Source: a virus (lineage: Duplodnaviria > Caudoviricetes). Taken from it: DNA of 57,901 bases. The position numbers and the translations under genes are program-made. Shown piece after piece: positions 40,112-48,703 of the stretch (its first letter is position 1; each line of letters starts with the position of its first letter). The stretch spans positions 1 through 57,901 of IMG/VR virus record IMGVR_UViG_3300047550_004781; one strand, written 5' to 3'. Below the pieces are notes generated by a model. It was not told the DNA's origin. It did no database searches and was given only the letters and a program-made list of their open reading frames with translations.

Positions 40112-41095
40112 ATGGCCACCTACGTCATTGTCGATTTGAGTAATTTGGCACTTCGCGTCAGATATGGCATGCGCGCTCCAGATATGAATGCCACCATAGG
40201 TCTGGCCATGCACGTTATATTCAATAGTATACGCCAGGTATGGAAACAGTTTGATGCCAATCATACAGTTTTTGCACTGGAAGGTAGAAGCTGGCGCAAA
40301 GATGTGTATCAACCTTACAAAGCCAATAGAAAAATACAAGCAGCTGCTCGTTCCGTTCAAGAAGTAGAGGACGATCAGTTGTTTTTTGATGCTCTCAATG
40401 ACCTTATAGTATTTTTGCGAGATCGTACAAATACCAGTGTGCTAAGGCACAGCCAGGCTGAAGCTGATGATATGATAGCCAGATGGATTGATCTACATCC
40501 CCTTGATCAACATGTGATTGTGAGCACTGACAGTGATTTTTTGCAGTTGATCCAAGAAAATGTACGAGTCTACAACGGGATTGCAGGCATACTTTACACA
40601 CACATGGGAGTTTTTGACAAGGATGGTCACATAGCTCAACACAAAGGACAGCCCATGCAAGTGCCTGATCCTGAATGGCTGTTGTTTGAAAAATGCATGC
40701 GCGGAGATGCCAGTGACAACATCATGAGTGCCTATCCAGGAGTAAGAAAGAAAAAACTGCTGGAAGCTTTTGATAACCGGCATCAACAAGGATTTGCATG
40801 GAACAATCTCATGCTCAGTAAATGGATCGATCACGATGGGCATGAAGTTTGTGTGAGAGATGCTTACCAACGAAATCAAATGCTGATTGATCTGCATGCC
40901 CAACCTGTTCACCTACAACAGCAGTTTGATCAAACTATCAGGGAAACTGTGAGTATTCCAGCACAGTCTCAAGTGGGCTTCAATCTGATCAAATTTGCAC
41001 ACAGTTGGGGACTGGTGCGTGTGGCCGACCATGCAAGTGACTACAGCGCTTGTTTGAGTCAACCCTATACTGGAAGTTGTGCCAACACTTTTTGA
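40112..41095 (+). CDS. rnh: T4 RNase H-like 5'-3' exonuclease
   Basis: IVD, SWRK..YKANR, EADD, STDSDFLQL, GDASDNI. Confidence 0.88.
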   Translation: MATYVIVDLSNLALRVRYGMRAPDMNATIGLAMHVIFNSIRQVWKQFDANHTVFALEGRSWRKDVYQPYKANRKIQAAARSVQEVEDDQLFFDALNDLIVFLRDRTNTSVLRHSQAEADDMIARWIDLHPLDQHVIVSTDSDFLQLIQENVRVYNGIAGILYTHMGVFDKDGHIAQHKGQPMQVPDPEWLLFEKCMRGDASDNIMSAYPGVRKKKLLEAFDNRHQQGFAWNNLMLSKWIDHDGHEVCVRDAYQRNQMLIDLHAQPVHLQQQFDQTIRETVSIPAQSQVGFNLIKFAHSWGLVRVADHASDYSACLSQPYTGSCANTF

Positions 41096-41153
41096 CACAA
41101 TAGTTGGGTTGGATTAAAATGGTGGGTGAACACACATACAAATAGAGTGGACT

Positions 41154-41636
41154 ATGTCACAGCCAATTTTGATAAAAGCACACCCAATGGGTGATAATAC
41201 ATGGATTTTACATGACCCAGTGGGTCGTGTGGGCTTGCTGAGCGTTAGCGATCAAAAATACAAATTTCTGGGCAAGGGCACTCAAACAACATCCATGGAT
41301 GTGGCATCCTTGGAAAGCATGATGAATTGGCACATATGTTTTATCAAGCCACCAGCCCAAATCCTGAGCAAACTGGATCAATTTATGATTGATCATATGC
41401 CCATCAAACATGCTGATCCACAAAATATTCAACTGGAGCCTTGGATATCATATACCAAAACCAGCAGCAGTTCCATACGATTTGCTGCTGGATGGTGGGC
41501 AATTTTGTTCAACCATTGGCAAGGGGCTTTTTGTCCCAAGATTTCCACTCTGGACAGCCATGAACATGTGGGACCCTTTTCCAACAAATTGGAATTGAAT
41601 ACAATACTATCGGCCAAAAATCAAAAATTGGATTGA
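41154..41636 (+). CDS. phage hypothetical protein
   Basis: YTKT..S..FAAGWW..FCPK..GPF motif. Confidence 0.55.
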   Translation: MSQPILIKAHPMGDNTWILHDPVGRVGLLSVSDQKYKFLGKGTQTTSMDVASLESMMNWHICFIKPPAQILSKLDQFMIDHMPIKHADPQNIQLEPWISYTKTSSSSIRFAAGWWAILFNHWQGAFCPKISTLDSHEHVGPFSNKLELNTILSAKNQKLD

Positions 41637-41881
41637 ATGTCATGAGCACATGGAATACCACAGCAGTGGACACATTTCTCCGCACTGTCAAAACAGCACG
41701 TGACTACAATAGCCGTGAAATCAGATTGAGCATACAAGATGCAGAATCGTTGAGCATCAGCCTGGCCCTCATGCTCAACCAAGAAAGAGAATTGGTCATG
41801 CGCATTATGAAATTACAAGACCAGTTGTTGAGCGTGCAAACACCAGGCACAAACGTAAATTTTTCTGGAGGCAGTTTTTAA
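41633..41881 (+). CDS. hypothetical protein
   Basis: Coupled ORF ending GGSF. Confidence 0.5.
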   Translation: MNVMSTWNTTAVDTFLRTVKTARDYNSREIRLSIQDAESLSISLALMLNQERELVMRIMKLQDQLLSVQTPGTNVNFSGGSF

Positions 41882-42576
41882 TGCAACAGAAACCCATTGT
41901 TGATAGTAAATTCCTTAACTTGTTGGAATTATTGCCTCCATTGGATTTACACCAAGGACCTTGGATATCAGGTGGATGTGCACGAAAACTCTGGTGCAAC
42001 CAACCATGGACAACCGGCGACATAGATGTATGGTTTAGGGACGAGCAGCAGCGACTCAATTGGAGCTGTCAATTGCATGGGAATTGCAGGGGTTGGCAAC
42101 ATAATAGTGCCGAACTAATACAAGTTTGCGATAGTGATAATGCCACAACCTACCAGATCTTACTGCCTCCCAAGGATAACAAATGGCAAACACATTGTCT
42201 CCTCCAGGAGGAACAGCCAGTCAAGATCCTGCTGGAATCAATCGGTCGCCAGGCCAAACCCTTGGTCACACATGATGAATTCTGCTTGCAATTAATTCGT
42301 GCTAGATATGTTGCCAATTTACACCAACTTTGGCAGGATTTTGATTTCACAGTGTGTTGTGTGGCCTTGGATGGCACAACATTGTATGCAGATGATGCAG
42401 CTGTAACACACATGCACAACAATCAATTGCATGTGAGGGATGGTATGGAACACATCAATCTACCCTTGCGTATTTTGAAGTATTACGCTTATGGGTTGGA
42501 TGCAGAGGATGAGTTATTGTTGTATGCGGCGCAAAAAATAAGCCAAGGAGATTGGACGTGGCCAGTTCAATACTAG
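41881..42576 (+). CDS. nucleotidyltransferase-fold protein (CCA/poly(A) polymerase-like head)
   Basis: ISGGCAR, GDIDVW, FDFTVC, RILKY. Confidence 0.65.
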   Translation: MQQKPIVDSKFLNLLELLPPLDLHQGPWISGGCARKLWCNQPWTTGDIDVWFRDEQQRLNWSCQLHGNCRGWQHNSAELIQVCDSDNATTYQILLPPKDNKWQTHCLLQEEQPVKILLESIGRQAKPLVTHDEFCLQLIRARYVANLHQLWQDFDFTVCCVALDGTTLYADDAAVTHMHNNQLHVRDGMEHINLPLRILKYYAYGLDAEDELLLYAAQKISQGDWTWPVQY

Positions 42577-43100
42577 AGATTGACAATATCATATGTGCCA
42601 GCCAACTGAGTGGTCAGCCTGTGACTGATCATGTGCTATGGACAGATAACAAATTATATCCGCTGGCTGCGGTGGACCATTGGATCATGCCCAAAAGGAT
42701 TTTTGTGATTCAATGGTATTGGCTCATGTTGCAGGGCAGACTGGGTATTGCATGTATGGATTTGGAAAATTGGAATGCCCAGTTGCAGATGTTCAATAGA
42801 CATATTGCGCACACACAGGATGTGCACCATTTGAATCTCATGGACACAATCCATGTGTATGTGAAAAAAAGATACAAATCTACCAACTGGGAAGAACAAT
42901 ATCGCATGTTCCATCTCGCGTTGGAGGGATGGAACCCTTGTTGAACATGTAGAATGTGCGCACACTAACACAATATCTAATTTTTTCATATGTGGTATCC
43001 CGTTGCATAGCATGTAGCAGGAGAGGCGCATTGCTTGGCCTGTCAGGCAGCTGTTCATTTTCTCGAAAAAATAAATACACAACACCCAAGAGAGACAGCC

Positions 43101-43412
43101 ATGAGCAGACCCAAGCCTCGAATTTTGATGACCAGCACCAACAACAAAACCTATGTGAGCGAACAGGTGATAGTTGTCAAATGTTTTTATACAGTTTGCT
43201 ATGACGGACAGCCCATTAGTTTAAAATCTATCCACAGTTTGTTGAGCGACCAAGCACCCAAATATCGCAAAACATGTTTTCCTGAATCACCAGGACACGC
43301 GCTCAATTTGGCTGCCAAACTAAATCAAATGTTCCGCACGGACAAATTTCAGGTTTTTGAGATGCAGCCCCTGGTTTGTGTGGACCCTGTCAAAAGCAAA
43401 AACAAAAATTGA
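43101..43412 (+). CDS. phage hypothetical protein
   Basis: MSRPKPRIL..PKYRKT..GHALNLA.KLN; TAAATA at 43072. Confidence 0.6.
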   Translation: MSRPKPRILMTSTNNKTYVSEQVIVVKCFYTVCYDGQPISLKSIHSLLSDQAPKYRKTCFPESPGHALNLAAKLNQMFRTDKFQVFEMQPLVCVDPVKSKNKN

Positions 43413-43839
43413 TCCAACACCTACAAGATCAGATCATTCAACAGCTTGTTTGCCTTTGCTCGCATCAAGATCCTCACTGTGAATGGTGGGACAGCCACCC
43501 TCCTGCGATCCAACAAATATTTTTCAACAACCACTCACTCAAGCTAACATATGTGGGATTCCAAGTTCTCAGCAAATTGTATCAATATTGGGCATGTGAT
43601 CTGCCACCAAACTGGCCAGTTATGTGCAATCAGGGACAAACTTTGCTGCGCCTCCACCACGATATACACATGCCCTACTATTGGAATCACAAAAAGTTCT
43701 ATGTTTTTTGTCAAACCACTGCTTTTGAAATGCAAATCATGGGCATGGAACAGTGGATCAAAAACCACTGAAAATCCATGATTGACACATTCTTGTTTGC
43801 GTGTATATTGGGTATATTAGTGGAACAAGGAATGGCCCA

Positions 43840-45039
43840 ATGAGCACCAAGATCAACACAATTACGTCAGTGAGCCCCAGCCGGCTCAAGAGTATGATTA
43901 TTCATTCGATTGAAAGGCGTAGGCCTTTGTTCATCAGTGGTCCTCCAGGCATTGGCAAGAGTGATGTGGTTGCAGAAGTAGCACGCATGCAGAACCGTCC
44001 ATTGATTGACATTCGGCTTCCACTGCTGGAAGCCACTGATATTCGTGGTCTGCCACACTTGGCAGAAGTGACTATTCGTGATGCAGAAGGCAATCTGGTC
44101 ATGAACGAGAGCAACGTGCCTCTTACTGAAAAGGTGTTCAAGTGGAGCACGCCCAGCGATCTGCCCACTGATCCCAACAGCAGGGCATTGGTGTTTTTTG
44201 ATGAGATGAGTTCTGCCCCGCCCTCAGTGCAGGCTGCAACCTATCAGATCATTCTCAATCGAAAGATTGGCACATATGAGCTGCCTGATGATGTGGTGAT
44301 TGTGGCAGCCGGCAACCGTGTCAAGGACAAGGGGGTTGCCTACAACATGCCCACACCCCTGGCCAATCGTTTCATTCATACTACTCTGCATGTGGATTTT
44401 GACGATTGGCAGGAATGGGCCATTCTCAATCGCATCCATCAGGATGTTGTGGGTTACCTTACCTTTCAGCCCAATGACCTGTTTGATTTTGATCCACGTC
44501 GAGAAAGCTATGCTTTTGCTACGCCACGTAGTTGGAGTTTTGTGAGTGATCTCATCTACGAACGCAAGGCAGATGGAACCCTGGGTGACACAAGCCTACC
44601 TGCTGACATCCTGGGCGACATGATCAAGGGCACAGTGGGTGAAGGACCTGCCATCAAATTCCTTACCTATCGCAAGCAGGCAAACAACTTGCCTCGTGCC
44701 CGGGATATCCTGGATGGTACTGTTACCCAGCTCAAGGTCAAGCAAATTGACATCATGTATTCGTTGAGCACCAGCCTTGTTTATGCACTCATGGATGACA
44801 ACAACAAGGCTGTGGCAGCAGCCAAGAATGGGGACAAAAATAGTCATGTCACAGTGTTTGAGCACACCAACAATTTTTTCCAGTTTATCATGGATAACTT
44901 TGAAGATGAGCTGGTAGTGATGGCTGCGCGATCGTTTATGCTGAGCACACGCACCAACCCAATTCGTGTAAACATGATCAAGAATTGGCCAACGTTTGTG
45001 AAAAAATACAGTCAACTGCTACCCAGCTTTAATTACTGA
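43840..45039 (+). CDS. MoxR-like AAA+ ATPase
   Basis: GPPGIGKS, FFDE, AAGN, PLANRF, TPRSW. Confidence 0.9.
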   Translation: MSTKINTITSVSPSRLKSMIIHSIERRRPLFISGPPGIGKSDVVAEVARMQNRPLIDIRLPLLEATDIRGLPHLAEVTIRDAEGNLVMNESNVPLTEKVFKWSTPSDLPTDPNSRALVFFDEMSSAPPSVQAATYQIILNRKIGTYELPDDVVIVAAGNRVKDKGVAYNMPTPLANRFIHTTLHVDFDDWQEWAILNRIHQDVVGYLTFQPNDLFDFDPRRESYAFATPRSWSFVSDLIYERKADGTLGDTSLPADILGDMIKGTVGEGPAIKFLTYRKQANNLPRARDILDGTVTQLKVKQIDIMYSLSTSLVYALMDDNNKAVAAAKNGDKNSHVTVFEHTNNFFQFIMDNFEDELVVMAARSFMLSTRTNPIRVNMIKNWPTFVKKYSQLLPSFNY

Positions 45040-45051
45040 AACACTGACAAG

Positions 45052-45085
45052 GGAGCCACAGCCCTAGAGGGCTGTGGTAGTTCAC
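45052..45085 (+). mobile_element. isolated IS right-end remnant
   Basis: GGAGCCACAGCCCTAGAGGGCTGTGGTAGTTCAC between the ATPase and VWA genes. Confidence 0.75.
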
Positions 45086-45112
45086 ACTGGATAGCATAAT
45101 GGGAGATATTTT

Positions 45113-46369
45113 ATGAGCACCAACACTGACATTCTGATCAATATCAAGAAGGCCCGACTGGACCTATTGTTGAACCATCCGTTTTTTGGATCTCTGATCA
45201 TGCAGATGCCTTTGCAAGAAGTCACCTGGTGCCCTACTGCGGCTGTGGATGGTAGATACATCTATTGGAATCGTGAGTTTTTCAAGGGGTTGACAGTACC
45301 GGAAATCATTTTTGTTCTGGCCCATGAAATAATGCACATTGCTTATGACCACCTGGGGCGTCGCAGCCATCGAGATCCAGAATACTGGAATATGGCCAAT
45401 GACTATGTGATCAATAGCATGCTCCACAACGAAAAGATCGGCGTTATGCCCACCAAGACCGTGCCAGACAAGGATGGTAACGGTACAGTCAGTCAGCGAG
45501 TGGGTCTATATGACAAACGTTATCAAGGCTGGACAAGTGAAGCAGTGTATGACGATCTGCAAAAGCGTAAAGTCTCCAAACAACTTACTTTGGATGTGCA
45601 TCTGGAGCTGGGTAATGATCAGCTGGGAGAAAAAGGCAGGAGCACCCAGGATTCACAAGGTACACCTGTTGTTATGTCTGAAAATGAGCTCAAGGACATC
45701 AGAGATGAACTCAAAACCAAGATTTTACAGGCTGCTCAGGCTGCTCAAGCGGCAGGCAGTTTGCCTGCCGGTATTGCACGTTTGGTGGATCACCTGGTGG
45801 AAGCCAAGATCAACTGGCGTGATTATATTCAACAGAGCATCCAAAGCCAGCTCACAGCAGATTATGCCTGGCACAAACCCAGCCGTAGGCACATGGGCAG
45901 CGATATTATCTTCCCCAGTTTGATCAAGGAGGATACAATAGACGTGGAAATCAGCATTGACCAAAGTGGTAGTATTACCCGAGAAATGGCGCGTGACTTC
46001 CTAAGTGAGGTTATGGGAATTACGCAACAATATTCATCATATCAGATTGCAGTAAGCACGTTCGATACAAAACTGTATAATCGGCAGGTGTTTACTGAGG
46101 ACAACATTGATGACATGCTCACTTATGAACCCAAGGGCGGGGGTGGCACTCGAATTTCAGTGGTGTTTGACTATTTGAAGAAAAACGACATTGAACCCAA
46201 ACTGCTGATAATCTTCACTGACCTGGAAGACAACGACCATGGAGATCCCAACTACTGCGATACACTTTGGTTAATCAATAACCCCTGGGACAAGAAAATC
46301 CTACCTCAACATGGATCTTGGGTGCGATATGAACAGGCTCAGGGGGTTACCGAAACAGGCTCGGTTTAA
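45113..46369 (+). CDS. DUF2201-type metallopeptidase + VWA protein (MoxR partner)
   Basis: TAAVDG, HEIMH, DQSGS MIDAS, GGGT, FTD. Confidence 0.88.
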   Translation: MSTNTDILINIKKARLDLLLNHPFFGSLIMQMPLQEVTWCPTAAVDGRYIYWNREFFKGLTVPEIIFVLAHEIMHIAYDHLGRRSHRDPEYWNMANDYVINSMLHNEKIGVMPTKTVPDKDGNGTVSQRVGLYDKRYQGWTSEAVYDDLQKRKVSKQLTLDVHLELGNDQLGEKGRSTQDSQGTPVVMSENELKDIRDELKTKILQAAQAAQAAGSLPAGIARLVDHLVEAKINWRDYIQQSIQSQLTADYAWHKPSRRHMGSDIIFPSLIKEDTIDVEISIDQSGSITREMARDFLSEVMGITQQYSSYQIAVSTFDTKLYNRQVFTEDNIDDMLTYEPKGGGGTRISVVFDYLKKNDIEPKLLIIFTDLEDNDHGDPNYCDTLWLINNPWDKKILPQHGSWVRYEQAQGVTETGSV

Positions 46370-46545
46370 AACCTAGCCCGGCCCTATATTGGTTCACATG
46401 TGAAACTCATGTGCTATCATGATTGTGTGTTGCTTGGTTGTGTACACCCTATTTGTCCACCCTCATGTGCCCAACAAGTGACCACCTCTATATATCATAT
46501 GGTATCGAAACATAACTGGTGCTAGGATATATGACCACAGTTGGC

Positions 46546-46600
46546 AAAAAAGAGCCTACAGATTCAAGGGCTCTAGCCCTCTGGCTTTCCGCGGCGAGCA
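46546..46600 (-). mobile_element. isolated IS left-end remnant
   Basis: Reverse complement TTAT|TGCTCGCCGCGGAAAGCCAGAGGGCTAGAGCCCTTG. Confidence 0.7.
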
Positions 46601-46640
46601 ATAATTTGACATAACCACACTCTGCTAGATATAATCAATC

Positions 46641-46919
46641 ATGACTGATTCAACTGACCTGCAAACTCAACTCACAGAACTTGCTGTGCTACTCACAGGC
46701 AAGGTTGCAGAAATGCTGGCATATGCTGCCAAGGACATGGAACCCAGCAAGCGTGAAAAAATCTATCAGATGCTGGAAGACAGTCTAGCCACAGTGGTCA
46801 CCAACACTTTGTTCAAGACACCTATACTTCATAATACAAGAGGTATAGATCATTTGCGAGCCAACATGGATAGTTATGCTCACCAATTTGCACAGAGTTT
46901 TATCAAAAATGACATGTGA
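46641..46919 (+). CDS. hypothetical protein
   Basis: ORF with TTGACA promoter at about 46606. Confidence 0.5.
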   Translation: MTDSTDLQTQLTELAVLLTGKVAEMLAYAAKDMEPSKREKIYQMLEDSLATVVTNTLFKTPILHNTRGIDHLRANMDSYAHQFAQSFIKNDM

Positions 46920-47158
46920 CAACTCTTAAATATGTTGTGAACTATCTTGTAACAATAGAATTCCCCAGCAACGATAGATTAGTGGACCTCAAGTTAGCCT
47001 TTTTGGAGAGCAAACTTGAGGACCTCTATGACGGTATCATCTTTGAGGTGCAGCACAACAGTGATCACAAACCCATCAAGGTCAACATTCAATTCCGCAA
47101 CCAGGAGGATCATCTGCATTGGTTGTTGAGTCAACCCATGTCCATGTTCCCATCCTAA
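46916..47158 (+). CDS. hypothetical protein
   Basis: Coupled ORF. Confidence 0.45.
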   Translation: MTTLKYVVNYLVTIEFPSNDRLVDLKLAFLESKLEDLYDGIIFEVQHNSDHKPIKVNIQFRNQEDHLHWLLSQPMSMFPS

Positions 47159-47213
47159 TTGATCCTCACGATAGATGGTTTGACATTGTAGACCAGGGTG
47201 TTATAATCTTCAC

Positions 47214-47771
47214 ATGAAAGATGAAATTTTTGTTTGCTTTGACGTAGAAAGCGATGGTCCCATACCAGGCGAATATAGCATGCTAAGCATGGGGGCAGTA
47301 GCCTTGAACAACCAAGGTGTTGAACTAGGCACATTTGATGTGAATTTGCATCTCTTGCCAGGAGCTCAACAAGATCCCAACACCATGGCATGGTGGGCCC
47401 GCAACCAGGACGCATATGATGATACCAGGATCAACCTTCTAGATCCCCAAGAGGCCATAAGTAATTTTGTCAAATGGGTCAAGGAGTTGCCAGGTATTCC
47501 AGTGGCTGTGGCATATCCTGCCGGATATGATTGGACGTTCCTCTATTGGTATATGATCAAATTTGCAGGAACAAGTCCTTTCAGTTTCAGCTGTTTGGAC
47601 ATGAAAACCCTGGCCATGAGTTTGCTCAACACCACATATAAGCAAAGCACCAAACGCAAATGGCCCAAGCAATGGAATAGCCCATTTCCACACACTCATC
47701 GTGGATTAGATGATGCACGCGAACAAGGATATAGTTTCATTCAAATGCTCAAGCACATGCAGTCACGGTAG
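47214..47771 (+). CDS. DEDDh 3'-5' exonuclease
   Basis: FDVESDG, YDW, LD, HRGLDDAREQ. Confidence 0.85.
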   Translation: MKDEIFVCFDVESDGPIPGEYSMLSMGAVALNNQGVELGTFDVNLHLLPGAQQDPNTMAWWARNQDAYDDTRINLLDPQEAISNFVKWVKELPGIPVAVAYPAGYDWTFLYWYMIKFAGTSPFSFSCLDMKTLAMSLLNTTYKQSTKRKWPKQWNSPFPHTHRGLDDAREQGYSFIQMLKHMQSR

Positions 47772-48020
47772 GTGTTGGACAGGGTTGGAAGTATAGACAC
47801 ACTCTCCCCGGCAAAATTGGGGAGAGTTTTGTTGTGCTTGGCATAGGGCTTTCACACAGACTGGGGTTGCATGCGGTGTGCTACAGCACACGGAGTCGGT
47901 TGCTCTGATACCTCTCACACATGACCTCTCAAACATCACTTTGGTCATTCAGTGTGGGTGGCTGCGCAACAATTATCAATTGTTTCTACCAAATAATGTG
48001 ATTACTGAATATTTTTTTTT

Positions 48021-48047
48021 GGTGAACTACCACAGTGATAGTTCACC
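48021..48047. repeat. palindrome of two IS right-end motifs
   Basis: GGTGAACTACCAC-A-GTGATAGTTCACC (one mismatch). Confidence 0.65.
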
Positions 48048-48628
48048 TAAGAGCCTGTTTTCCAACCATCTTCCTATATTGACATACATGTTTCCCGCAA
48101 TATTATATTGAATATAACCACTATAGATTATCAACTAGGCTAGCCAAATTGACCAGTTTTTTATTTATGTTTGGACTACTGAATTTGGTCACTCCTGTTA
48201 TATGGGTTTGGAAAAATCTAGATAATTTGACAAATATCAATCTGCAACAAAGACTGACCATGCACAAATTATGGATAAGTGGGTTTGTTTTTTTGCTTGC
48301 TAGTGCAATCATGTGGATGATGTAGAATGTTCTGGGCATTGTTGGCTGTAGGTGTTTGGCTAATGGTGGGATTATTGTGTATTACATATTATGGCCACTG
48401 CCATATTTGTGGACTGGACGCGAGGACTAGACTTCACGTTGGGTGACTTTTGCCTAATGTTGATACTGATTCCATTTGGGTTGTTATTTGTGTTTTGGTT
48501 TTTGGTGGAAGTTTGGGAAGACAAGATGGGAAAAATTTATAAAAACAAAAACAAAATCATATTAAGTGCCAGAAAAAGTGCCAAGATGCACAAGGCACTG
48601 ATTGCTGACAACTGGCCCAGCTAATCCA

Positions 48629-48676
48629 GTGAACTACTGTTGGTCTAAAGACACAACAGGCTTGCGCGGCGAAGGA
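48629..48676 (-). mobile_element. 48-bp LE/RE-fused minimal derivative of the IS605-type element
   Basis: Reverse complement TTTAG|TCCTTCGCCGCGCAAGCCTGTTGTGTCTTTAGACCAACAG-TAGTTCAC = LE of 11100 joined at the hairpin to the RE tail. Confidence 0.85.
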
Positions 48677-48703
48677 CTAAATTATACAAAGAGGATATGG
48701 TCA

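Noticed and set aside
47770-48340. Possible structured RNA or decayed tnpB in the non-coding stretch after the exonuclease
   Set aside because: A few hairpins are present (e.g. CTCTCCCC..GGGGAGAG) but no recognisable family or alignable protein remnant.
48602-48703. N-terminal extension of IMPDH given by the ORF track
   Set aside because: It reads through the 48-bp IS remnant; homology starts at ATG 48704, which has a GAGGA RBS.
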